Positions 42,434 through 51,193 of a DNA stretch of 64,000 nucleotides are shown piece by piece. The notes under the pieces were generated by a model, which saw only the letters and a list, made by a program, of their open reading frames with translations, did no database searches and had not been told where the DNA came from. The position numbers were made by a program, and so were the translations under genes. Source of the DNA: Sedimentisphaerales bacterium (GTDB lineage: Bacteria > Planctomycetota > Phycisphaerae > Sedimentisphaerales > Anaerobacaceae); contig OY970194.1 in the NCBI GenBank assembly GCA_963708075.1, forward strand, positions 3,392,001 through 3,456,000, in the 5' to 3' direction. Positions within the stretch are counted from its first letter, which is position 1. Each line of letters starts with the position of its first letter.

Positions 42434-43948
42434 ATGAAAGCGGGATTCGCAGGGATTTCGGTTCGATCGATGAGCATACGGATGCTGATTGCATTCTGGG
42501 CTGGCTCTGTATTTCTGGCGTGGGCCGGCCTGGTTGGCGGCTGGTTCGTTGCCAAGAGCAAGCTCTCGAGGATTGACCAGCGGATTGCTCTGGATATCCA
42601 GGCTCTGGATGTGGCGCACGAGTTGGAGTCGGACGTTCTCAAAGATCGATACAACGACCTCCTCTGGAAGGCCACCGGCCAAAGCATGTACAGACAGAAG
42701 CGGGAGGAATCCCTCCATGCGGCCGAGCAGATCGCGGCCGACCTTCGGCGCTATATTACCACGGACCAGGAACGCGAGGTATCCGCCCGGATCGAGAGAG
42801 AAATGAACACTCTTCGCAAGCAGTCGGAGTCTGGCGCGCTGCGCCGTCCCAGAGCGAGCCGCTGTTGGCGAATCTGCTTTCGGCCGCACGCGTCTTCGAC
42901 GTCCAGAACGAGACGGACTTGCAGAAATCTCTCGACGCCGCCGACGATTTGGACAGAAACGTGACCGAATGGGCGCTCGCCCTTTCGCTGAGTACGGCTG
43001 GGCTGCTGTCCGCCGGATCGTTCAGCCTGGTCAATCGGGTCGTTCGCCCCACCCTCGCGCTGACTTCCAGTGCGCAATTTCGGCCAGGGAAATCCCTCGG
43101 CGAGAGCAGCGGTACTGCACGATGACGAATTGGGGGCGCTGGCCCGGACCTTCAACAACATGGCCGACGACATCGCCAACCGGGAGAAGGACCGGCTGCA
43201 ATTTGTCGCGATGGTTGTCCACGATCTCAAGAATCCCGCGCTGGCGATCGACTTCGGCGCCCGCATGCTTCGCGAGTCCTTGGGCAGTGGGCAGGCGACA
43301 GAACCCCAGGAGATCGCGTCTATGCTGGACGACATAAGCGAGGAGGCGAAACGCCTGCGTACGATCATCCGCGATTTGACGGATGATATCCAGGTCGCCA
43401 GCGGCAGGTTCTCCGTCAACAAGGAAAGAGTGGATTTGTGCACGCTTGTCCGGCGCCTGATTCAATCTCAGGCCCAGGCCTTTGCCGGCCACCGGATCGT
43501 CGTTGAGAACGGCCAGCCATGCACCGTGCTCGGTGACGCTGACCGGCTCGAGCGGGTCGTGCAGAATCTGGTTTCCAACGCTGTCAAGTACAGCCCCCCA
43601 AATACGCAAGTCACAGTACGGATCGAGAAGAAGGAGCCGTTCGTCCTGCTGGCTGTGTCCGACCAGGGCCGCGGCATTTCTGCCGAAGACCAGAAGATCC
43701 TGTTTCAGCCGTTCGGCCGCGGCCGGTCAGCTGACCGGCTTGCCGAAGGCTCAGGCATGGGCCTGTACGTCGTCAAGCAGATCATCGAAGCCCACGGCGG
43801 GCAAATCGCCGTCCAAAGCGAGCCCGGCCGAGGCACCACCTTCCAGATCAAGCTCCCCCTGGCTGCAGAAGGAGACCGAGATGAACAGCCACATTGTGCT
43901 CGCCACCCTGCTCCTTGCCGTCACCCCGACTCTGCCGGTGATAGCTGA
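42434..43948 (+). pseudogene. HAMP-domain sensor histidine kinase split by two frameshifts (about 42840 and 43073)
   Basis: Three consecutive frames give TM1-periplasmic part, TM2, then DELGALARTFNNM, VVHDLKNP, NLVSNAVKYS, DQGRGI, GSGMGL. Confidence 0.85.
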
Positions 43949-44038
43949 GCCCGAGCAAGACTGGAATGCTCTCATCAAGGACTTCCTCGTGGATCGACCA
44001 CGGGAGACAGGATGGTGAAGTCATCGCCGCTGGGTCGG

Positions 44039-44443
44039 TCATCGGACGTACTGCACGATGAAGTCCAGGTATCCTGTTCGGCCGCCGCTCTTGTTGGACT
44101 TGACCACGGACTTCAGGATCTGCTTGAGGCAGAGTATGATCGTATCGACCGTTATAGACTCGGGTGCAGGCATCATCCGGCCCGCATTGTCCGCGGGCCT
44201 GTCGCTGCGGCCAAGACGCCACTCGCACGTGTCGTGCACGGCCCTGCAGAGGTCGGCTTCCATCTCCGATGGAGTGAACTCTCGCGGAGAACGTCCGAGC
44301 GTCTCGGCTTTGTAACCATCGATCACCGCCTCCAGCACCCGCATGACCTCGTAGTCCGTCATTTTCGGATGCCTGCGATGCGTGGCCACAATCGCGAACT
44401 CAATGTTCTGGAGGACATCCAGGTACTTTTCTTCCATACCCAT
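44039..44443 (-). CDS. hypothetical conserved-looking protein
   Basis: 134 aa ORF, protein-like composition (YLDVLQNIEFAI...GRTGYLDFI). Confidence 0.65.
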   Translation of the reverse strand: MGMEEKYLDVLQNIEFAIVATHRRHPKMTDYEVMRVLEAVIDGYKAETLGRSPREFTPSEMEADLCRAVHDTCEWRLGRSDRPADNAGRMMPAPESITVDTIILCLKQILKSVVKSNKSGGRTGYLDFIVQYVR

Positions 44444-44546
44444 AGCGCTGCTCCGTCACAATTCTATGCGACTATTCAGCCGTCCATGCGTACACGTCAG
44501 GATTGTACATAGTGGGGCCGATTCTGTCGAGACGGTCGCAGCACGC

Positions 44547-45545
44547 TCACGGAGTTGCGCCTGTCGGCGGCCGATCATAGGGGTCTGGGCCTGTGACGGT
44601 GGGGTTCTGGGGATAGTCGACCCACTCGGTGAAGGAGCCTTCGTAGAGTCTGACGTCAGGATAGCCGAGGTACCACTTGAGCAGGAGGAACTCGCACGTG
44701 GACTCCCGGCAGGTGCCGCAGGAGACGATGATGGTCTTATCCGATGTCACGCCGTGGTCTTTCAATATTTTGCGGATTTCGTTGTCGCATTTCAGCAGTG
44801 TTGGATTGTCGTCGGCCATCACGCTCCGCCACGGCAGGTTGACGGCCCCGGGAATGTGCCCTGCCCTGCGCCAGGGCCCTTTGCCCTCATAGTAGTTCGC
44901 GGGTCGGGCATCCAGCAGGATCACGTCGCCCCGATCCTTGATTCTCTTCACCTGTTCCATCTCGATGGCGTACTCCTGACGGACGGTGGGTCGAAACTTG
45001 CCCTCCGCTACTCTGGGGAGTTCCTGGGAGAGGCGTCGGCCCTCGCGCCGCCACTTGTCCAAGCCACCGTCGAGCACGTACACCCGGTTATGGCCAAACC
45101 TGGCCAGTGCGTACGCGAGCATGCTTTGGGCCAGGGCGCCGCTTGTCCCGGTATATGCTCCTTGTCCGCTGTACACGACAATGGGCGAATCGTTATCCAA
45201 TCCGATGCGGCGAAACAGCAGCTTGGCGGCCTCCGCGGGGATGTACTGTACCGGCAGGCCTCCTTTCGGGGCCCTCAGCGTCGCCTCATTCAAATAGACC
45301 GCGCCCGGAATGTGCTCGATGAGGTAGTCGTGGATGTCGGGCTGGGTATCCAGGATGCTGAGGTTCGGGTCATTGAGATGGTCCTGGAGCCATTGCGTCG
45401 AGACCCATCTGACGTTTCCCCGACCGAACGGGTACTCCTTTGCCACGGGCGATCCGGCTCGACGCAAATCGCCGGAGTATGTCACGCCCGTCAGGACGAG
45501 AATCAGCGCGATCGACCAGACGGAATTTCCCCTCACGTGCCCCAC
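44547..45545 (-). CDS. two-domain rhodanese/sulfurtransferase with signal peptide
   Basis: WVSTQWL, HIPGAV (twice), LDGGL..W, LLDAR, SCGTCRES, YEGSFTEW. Confidence 0.9.
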   Translation of the reverse strand: MGHVRGNSVWSIALILVLTGVTYSGDLRRAGSPVAKEYPFGRGNVRWVSTQWLQDHLNDPNLSILDTQPDIHDYLIEHIPGAVYLNEATLRAPKGGLPVQYIPAEAAKLLFRRIGLDNDSPIVVYSGQGAYTGTSGALAQSMLAYALARFGHNRVYVLDGGLDKWRREGRRLSQELPRVAEGKFRPTVRQEYAIEMEQVKRIKDRGDVILLDARPANYYEGKGPWRRAGHIPGAVNLPWRSVMADDNPTLLKCDNEIRKILKDHGVTSDKTIIVSCGTCRESTCEFLLLKWYLGYPDVRLYEGSFTEWVDYPQNPTVTGPDPYDRPPTGATP

Positions 45546-45688
45546 CAGCCAACCTCCTTTCGCAGTCAGTTCGGAACCTTCAGCGGTAAACGCATCATTG
45601 TCTTTACCGCTCGGTCCTCGCCGGCGAAATAGGGAATCTGCCGAAAATGCCGCCGCGATTTTACTGCCCGGGCATGACGCGTTGCCGG

Positions 45689-46427
45689 CTACCGCAATCG
45701 CGAGAGGAATCGGCGGAGTCGAGGCTGATATTTGTCGGTGATATCGAACGAGAGGATGACGGCACGGGCCCGGCCGAGAATGGCCTGCCGGGGCACGAAG
45801 CCGAAGAACCGCGAATCCCGGCTCATGTCTCTATTGTCGCCGAGGACGAAGTAGTATCCGTCCGGGACCGTCACCGGTCCGAAATTCCGCATGGCCCGAA
45901 TCCCCGGAATGCTGATCACAGGGTGGATGGTCCCACGCAGGTCCTCCATGGCCACGATGCACCCGCGCGATGTCATCGGGCAACTGTCCGGCGTAGTCGG
46001 CGACCGCCTTGTCGTAGGTGAGCGGCCGGCCGTTCAGCAGCAGCACGTTATTGCGCAGCTCCACGGTATCGCCGGGGGCGGCGATGAGTCTCTTTACCAG
46101 GCGTGTGCCGTCATCGGGGGAAAGACAGACTACCACGTCGCCCCGCTGCGGCTCGGACCACCGGGCCAGGCGGTGCAGCGTCAGCGGGAACCGAAGGTCG
46201 TACGCCACCTTGTCCACATAGATCAGGTCGCCCTCCAGGATCGTCGGATTCATCGAGCCGGTCGGCACCCAGTTCCAGTCCGCCAGGCTCGATTTCACGG
46301 GCACTACCACGAAAAGGATGACGAAGATGGTCACCCGCCACTGCCGCCAGAGCCTCTGCCCAAACCTGCACAGCCTCCGCGCCGGCTGGTCTTTTACGGA
46401 CAGCCACATTTGGGCAAGACCTTTCAT
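45689..46427 (-). pseudogene. lepB: signal peptidase I (LepB family), frameshifted near 45965
   Basis: VPTGSMNPT, RGDVVV, VKRLIAAPGD in one frame; YFVLGDNRDMSRDSRFFGFV in another. Confidence 0.85.
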
Positions 46428-46575
46428 TTCCCGCTCCTTTCCACTGACCCGACGCTTTATAGGACGTGCCGGCCGAACACGGCACCCACCACACCTGTAG
46501 ACGCATCCGGCGACACACCATTTCAGGCAAAATCAGCGGGGCTTAGCCTGGTGAAGTCCGGGTGGCATTTCCTGC

Positions 46576-46628
46576 TTGTAGTGACGCCGTCAGGCGTTTT
46601 TCAATGCCCTTACGGGCACACTACAAAC
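46576..46628. repeat. GTAGTG-type REP doublet (REPIN-like)
   Basis: TTGTAGTGACGCCGTCAGGCGT...ATGCCCTTACGGGCACACTACAAAC; inverted near-copy at 60054-60111. Confidence 0.85.
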
Positions 46629-46688
46629 GAGCTGCGCTGCGCCGCCATCCGGCACAGGATGATTCACAAGACTATATTCTACAATGGT

Positions 46689-47042
46689 TTACGTTCCGAA
46701 GAGTCTCTGGCGGAAGATGAAGAAGACAGCTCCGAGGATGCACAAGCCGGCCCAAAGGTAGTCCAGCCGGATCTTCTCCTTCATGTACAGCACCGAGAAT
46801 GGCACGAAGATCATCAGCGTGATCACTTCCTGGAGGATTTTCAACTGGCCCGTGTTGAGCACGTGGTGCCCAATGCGATTGGCGGGGACCTGAAGCATAT
46901 ACTCGAAGAAAGCGATGCCCCAGCTTACTACCGCGGCCAGAATCCACGGCCGATTTGAGAGGTTCTTCAGATGCCCGTACCAGGCAAAGGTCATGAACAC
47001 GTTGCTGCAACACAGAAGGAACGCCGTTGTCAAAACTCGCAT
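46689..47042 (-). CDS. DMT family (DUF486) small membrane protein
   Basis: SNVFMTFAWYGHLK, SWGIAFFEY..QVPANRIG, QLKILQEVITL. Confidence 0.9.
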   Translation of the reverse strand: MRVLTTAFLLCCSNVFMTFAWYGHLKNLSNRPWILAAVVSWGIAFFEYMLQVPANRIGHHVLNTGQLKILQEVITLMIFVPFSVLYMKEKIRLDYLWAGLCILGAVFFIFRQRLFGT

Positions 47043-47242
47043 AGCCGGGCCAATCCTCAATCCAACCTGTCCGTACTGTCGGTACGTCGTTTCGCCGCCA
47101 ATCGGCACGCATATTATACACCAGCCCGCAACGGCGTGGGGTTCCACTGTACAGGATTCTTTGGATGTGCCGATATAGTTGCTATGGATATAGGTAGGAT
47201 GGCAGAAGACTCGTACGAATCAATGATACGGAGCAACGACAC

Positions 47243-47374
47243 ATGATACGCAAGGCGCTTCTGGTCCTCATGTTGGCAGGCATGTTGTTCGCCGCACTGG
47301 GCTGCAATACGGTGAAGGGCTTTGGCGAGGATCTCTCCCGTCTGGGTCATGCCTTGAGTGAGGCCGCCGACTGA
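47243..47374 (+). CDS. entericidin A/B family lipoprotein
   Basis: Manual translation MIRKALLVLMLAGMLFAALGCNTVKGFGEDLSRLGHALSEAAD; CNT..G.G.D signature; below ORF-track size cutoff. Confidence 0.85.
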   Translation: MIRKALLVLMLAGMLFAALGCNTVKGFGEDLSRLGHALSEAAD

Positions 47375-47400
47375 TCGGATCAACCGGGTAGGGGCTGACG

Positions 47401-48303
47401 TCAATCGCTCTTCTCCGACCGCTCGATGTCGCCCGTCATCGGGACAAACATCACCGGCATGAGCTCCTCTCGATGCAACTCGCCCCGCTCATTCTTCGTC
47501 AGAAGGATCAAGTACTGAAAGCCGGGTTCCCCCGCGACCGGCAGGATCATGCGTCCGCCGTTCTTCAACTGCTCAACCAGAGGTGGTGGGATGTGCCCCG
47601 CGGCGGCCGTGCCGATGATCGCATCGAAGGGCCCCTGTTCCGGCCAACCATGGTAGCCGTCGCCCGCCTTGACATGGATGTTCGTATAGCCCAGGTCCCT
47701 GAGCAGCTTCGCCGCCGACTTCGCCAGCGACTCGACGATCTCGATCGTATAGACCTCCCTTGCGATCTCGGCCGCCACAGCCGCCTGATACCCTGACCCG
47801 GTCCCGATCTCCAGCACCACGGAGTCCCGGCTGAGTTTCAACGCTTCCGTCATGAACGCGACGACATAGGGCTGACTGATCGTCTGGCCGCGCCCGATGG
47901 GCAATGGATGGTCGGCATAGGCATAGGGCCGGTGTTCCGCCGGCACAAATGCATGCCGCGGCACCGTCCGCATCGCCAGCAGAACATTCGGGTCGCTGAT
48001 CTGCCGGGCCGCGATCTGCCATCTCACCATCTCCGCTCGCTGCTGCACCATCTCCTGGAACGCTGGATGCTTGCGCTTTGCAGGCGCCTCAGATTCCGGG
48101 GCTCGGGTGTTCTGAGCCGTCCGGCTGCTGGAAGCGGTGTCGCTCCCTGACCTGCCTGCCGGACAACCGTTCACAGTCACTGCGATGATCGTTAAGAAGA
48201 GCAGCCGCAGCAGGAGCATCGCAAAGCTGCGCCGATACCGCCCGCCGCACATCAAGTTTGCGATTCCACGAGCCATCTTCCACAACCCTCGATTTGTCCC
48301 CAT
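47401..48303 (-). CDS. pcm: protein-L-isoaspartate O-methyltransferase with lipoprotein-like N-terminus (start uncertain)
   Basis: VPRHAFVP, LPIGRGQTISQPY, VLEIGTGSGYQAA, GDGYHGW. Confidence 0.92.
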   Translation of the reverse strand: MGTNRGLWKMARGIANLMCGGRYRRSFAMLLLRLLFLTIIAVTVNGCPAGRSGSDTASSSRTAQNTRAPESEAPAKRKHPAFQEMVQQRAEMVRWQIAARQISDPNVLLAMRTVPRHAFVPAEHRPYAYADHPLPIGRGQTISQPYVVAFMTEALKLSRDSVVLEIGTGSGYQAAVAAEIAREVYTIEIVESLAKSAAKLLRDLGYTNIHVKAGDGYHGWPEQGPFDAIIGTAAAGHIPPPLVEQLKNGGRMILPVAGEPGFQYLILLTKNERGELHREELMPVMFVPMTGDIERSEKSD

Positions 48304-48637
48304 TCATCCAGTCAGGTGACTCGCCTGTCTTGATCCGCTCATGCTACAGATGATCCCCCGTATTTGCACGCGCAAAGCATGCATGACCTCCAACGTGCCA
48401 CCGAAAGCTCATGCCACACAACTCTCCGAGGCGAGCGAGACCGCAGAAGCAAAGACGGTTTATGGGGGTTTTCCACCGCCAAGATTGGTGGAATGCTCAT
48501 CGACTCATCCGAGTTGCTGAAATCACAATAGATATCGCTGGGCAACAGGCGGGAAGTGAGTCCCGCACGTGCCGGAGAAACGTGGGAAGCGGAGAGAAAA
48601 GCAGCTACTTGAGATCCTGATATAAGGAGATATCAAC

Positions 48638-49405
48638 ATGGGAGCAGCGAAGCATGTTTGCATCGGATGTGCGGCTGCACTGGCGATGCTGATTCCATTG
48701 TCATCCGCCCTGGCGGCGCCGACATTTCAAACGTACATCGAGGGCGCCACGCCAGGGAGTGCAGGCGGGGACGAGAACACGTGGTTCACGAATAATGGCA
48801 CGTTCAACCTGGTTGTGGCCGGCGCCTTCACCCCGAACATAGCCAGTCTGCCTTTCGGCACCCTGGTGGTCTCCGTCCCACAGGGCCAAACCGGCACAAT
48901 CAGCATCGGCGGGGCGACACTGCTGATGACGACGAGGAGCACTCCGTTTGGCGACATTCCCAATGGGAACGCCAATGCCGACGCACTGACGAACGTCGGC
49001 GGCAACGATGCCTATGCGAACAAGAACCCCGTGCTCAATCTCAACAATCATTTCCCCTACCAGAACGCCGTGGCGGACTTCCTCTACTATGATGTCGGCG
49101 ATTTCAGCAACGTCGGGCCAATCCACGACTTCGACGCCGGCGCCGGCACGATCACCATCGAGGGTACGGGGCAGGAGAAGGTGTTCCCCGTCTCGGTCAC
49201 CGGTTTCGACTGGGTCCACTTCGATCTGGGCGGCTATGTGGATAGGGTGCAGGGCAACGACTCCTGGGACTTCAGTTCCAATGGTCACGACGCCGCGTTC
49301 ATCAGCGGTTCGCTCCCGGCGGTCATCCCTGCTCCGGGCAGCCTGCTGCTTGCAGCGCTCGGCATCGGCCTGATCGGCTGGATTCGCATGCGAAAGGCGC
49401 TGTAG
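48638..49405 (+). CDS. PEP-CTERM-sorted surface protein (choice-of-anchor N-like)
   Basis: Signal peptide, PTFQTYIEG...ENTW; C-terminal IPAPGSLLLAALGIGLIGWIRMRK. Confidence 0.85.
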   Translation: MGAAKHVCIGCAAALAMLIPLSSALAAPTFQTYIEGATPGSAGGDENTWFTNNGTFNLVVAGAFTPNIASLPFGTLVVSVPQGQTGTISIGGATLLMTTRSTPFGDIPNGNANADALTNVGGNDAYANKNPVLNLNNHFPYQNAVADFLYYDVGDFSNVGPIHDFDAGAGTITIEGTGQEKVFPVSVTGFDWVHFDLGGYVDRVQGNDSWDFSSNGHDAAFISGSLPAVIPAPGSLLLAALGIGLIGWIRMRKAL

Positions 49406-49410
49406 AAGCG

Positions 49411-49871
49411 TCAGAGGGTCTTCAGCAGACCGATCCATCGCGTCCAGGCAGCTTCAGCGTGTAGTCCGCGACGGCCTGCAAATCCTGCGTCACCTGTTCG
49501 GCCGGCAGCTTATAGATCGCGTTCCTCGCCGCATCCTGATCGGGAAAATCGCTGGTCTTGCCGCCATTCGGGCCCATTCCCGAGAGCAGGTCCGGCGCGA
49601 CAGCGATAAATCCGGCCTCGGCTACGCGATCCGCCACGCTTCGCTCCCAGTCCGTGAGCCCACGATTCTCATGGATGATCAGCACGACCGGCGCCTTCTC
49701 TTTCACCTCCGGGAACACGACAAAGGAATGAACCGTCCGGTCGCCATATTTGACCGCCGCCCACTCTTGATGCCTGGGCGATTCGCTCAACCGCTTGCTG
49801 CCCGTATCCTCTGCGAACAGGCCGCCGGCAAACAACACCCCCGCCGTAAGGATCACCCAACACCGCCCCAT
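49411..49871 (-). pseudogene. dienelactone hydrolase with internal deletion
   Basis: SPRHQEW, IHENRGLTDW, VAPDLLS present, GFCWGG absent; C-terminal-like AWTRWIGLLKTL* follows directly in another frame. Confidence 0.8.
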
Positions 49872-49973
49872 ATTGCACCTCCCTTCAGTAAGAATGGATT
49901 TATTCAACCGGGTACGCATCCCTCGCCAATGCGTTCATGAGCCAAATGAGCAGAAGTCCTGCAGGAGAATCAC

Positions 49974-49996
49974 GTAGGATGGGCTTCAGCCCATGC
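49974..49996 (+). repeat. REP (GTAG family) flanking RAYT
   Basis: GTAGGATGGGCTTCAGCCCATGC. Confidence 0.92.
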
Positions 49997-50016
49997 GGTG
50001 TCTTTACGTACACGCA

Positions 50017-50568
50017 TCACTCATACACGCACATGTCATTGAGCCGGCTCTGCACGCCATTCCAGTACTGATCGGAATACCCGACAGTCTTGAGGTATCG
50101 ATGATAACTCGACCACGGCCAATCCTCCGCGTGTTCGACAAGGCCATGCTTGACTGGGTTGTAGTGGATGTAGTCAACGTGCCGCTGCAGGTCCGTCTCG
50201 TCGCGGATCTGGTGTTCCCAAAACCTGCGCTGCCAAATACCACGTTCGCGCTTGCGATCTCGTGAGGCACTCTGGCCGGATTCGACGCCACCGCTATCGA
50301 GAAAACGCCGAGTGAAGCCTGCCTTGATTCTCGCCCAGCGCAGCGAGAAATCGCAGTCACCCTCTGGCAGCCTCCAGATGCAGTGTAAGTGATCCGGCAG
50401 CAGGCACACGGCAATCAGCTCGAAGGTGCTCTTTTCTCTCGTTTCCTTCCACGCAGCCCGGAGGCATTGACGTGCCAAAGGCTCCGTCAAAAAGGGGCGG
50501 CGATTGTATGTGACGATTGTGAAGAAGTAATAGCCGCCCTCGAAATGAGCCCGGCGGTAGTCTGTCAT
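50017..50568 (-). mobile_element. REP-associated tyrosine transposase (RAYT, HUH/Y1)
   Basis: GGYYFFTIVT, LPDHLHCIW (HUH), WQRRFWEHQIRD, DYIHYNPVKHG, WPWSS. Confidence 0.95.
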
Positions 50569-50601
50569 GATTGTCTTCCTCTACTGCATCCGCATTTGGC
50601 A

Positions 50602-50766
50602 GCATGGGCTGAAGCCCATCCGACGCGAGCGGATTATACTCCTCGGGAAGATCCCAGAGAAGATGATATCTTTGCTTGCCAAACCCTGTCCGCATGGGCT
50701 GAAGCCCATCCTACGTTTGCCGTCGAGGCGTGGTCGCAGTCAGGTAGGATGGGCTTCAGCCCATGC
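50602..50766. repeat. three REP copies upstream of RAYT
   Basis: 50602-50624 (-, GTCG variant), 50692-50714 (-), 50744-50766 (+), all with GGATGGGCTTCAGCCCATGC. Confidence 0.92.
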
Positions 50767-50839
50767 GGCATCTTCATGAGCGGGGGTTCGGCGACGTGCG
50801 ATAGCGGGACAAACAGCGAAGTTTTTGCAAAAAAAGGGG

Positions 50840-50868
50840 TTGCAGGGGGTTTGGCGGGCGTATATACT
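50840..50868 (+). promoter_or_regulatory. sigma70 promoter of tRNA-Gly
   Basis: TTGCAG-17 nt-TATACT preceded by an A/T tract. Confidence 0.65.
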
Positions 50869-50884
50869 CTGATGGTTGGCTCGC

Positions 50885-50956
50885 GCGGGCGTAGCTCAGG
50901 GGTAGAGCGTCACGTTGCCAACGTGAATGTCGTGAGTTCAAATCTCATCGCCCGCT
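50885..50956 (+). tRNA. tRNA-Gly(GCC), CCA not encoded
   Basis: Acceptor GCGGGCG/CGCCCGC, D arm AGCTCAGGGGTAGAGC, anticodon arm CACG TTGCCAA CGTG, T loop TTCAAAT. Confidence 0.95.
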
Positions 50957-51114
50957 GTTAGGAGTTTTTCCTAAGGATGGGGACCTGCAAACGCACGTCT
51001 GCGTTGAGGACCCCTTATAGTATCGGCGAGTTACCGGCTAGGTGGTAGTTTGGCACTGGTCGTCGATACGTGGAAGCCTCGCGGCTTCGGCGGCGAGGTC
51101 GGAAACGTTCACCT

Positions 51115-51153
51115 GGCTACGGGGATGATTCCCCCGATGCCTTTTTTTGTTTT
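51115..51153 (+). terminator. putative intrinsic terminator between tRNA-Gly and tig
   Basis: GGCTACGGGGATGATTCCCCCGATGCC followed by T7. Confidence 0.5.
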
Positions 51154-51193
51154 GGCAGAGAAACAGGATTCAAAGCTATTTGGGAGCGCCGAG

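Noticed and set aside
50602..50766. Repeated 23-mers as a CRISPR array
   Set aside because: Mixed orientations, irregular spacing, no cas genes; adjacency to a RAYT identifies them as REPs
50885..50956. tRNA as integration site of a genomic island
   Set aside because: No integrase and no duplicated tRNA 3' end noticed in the window
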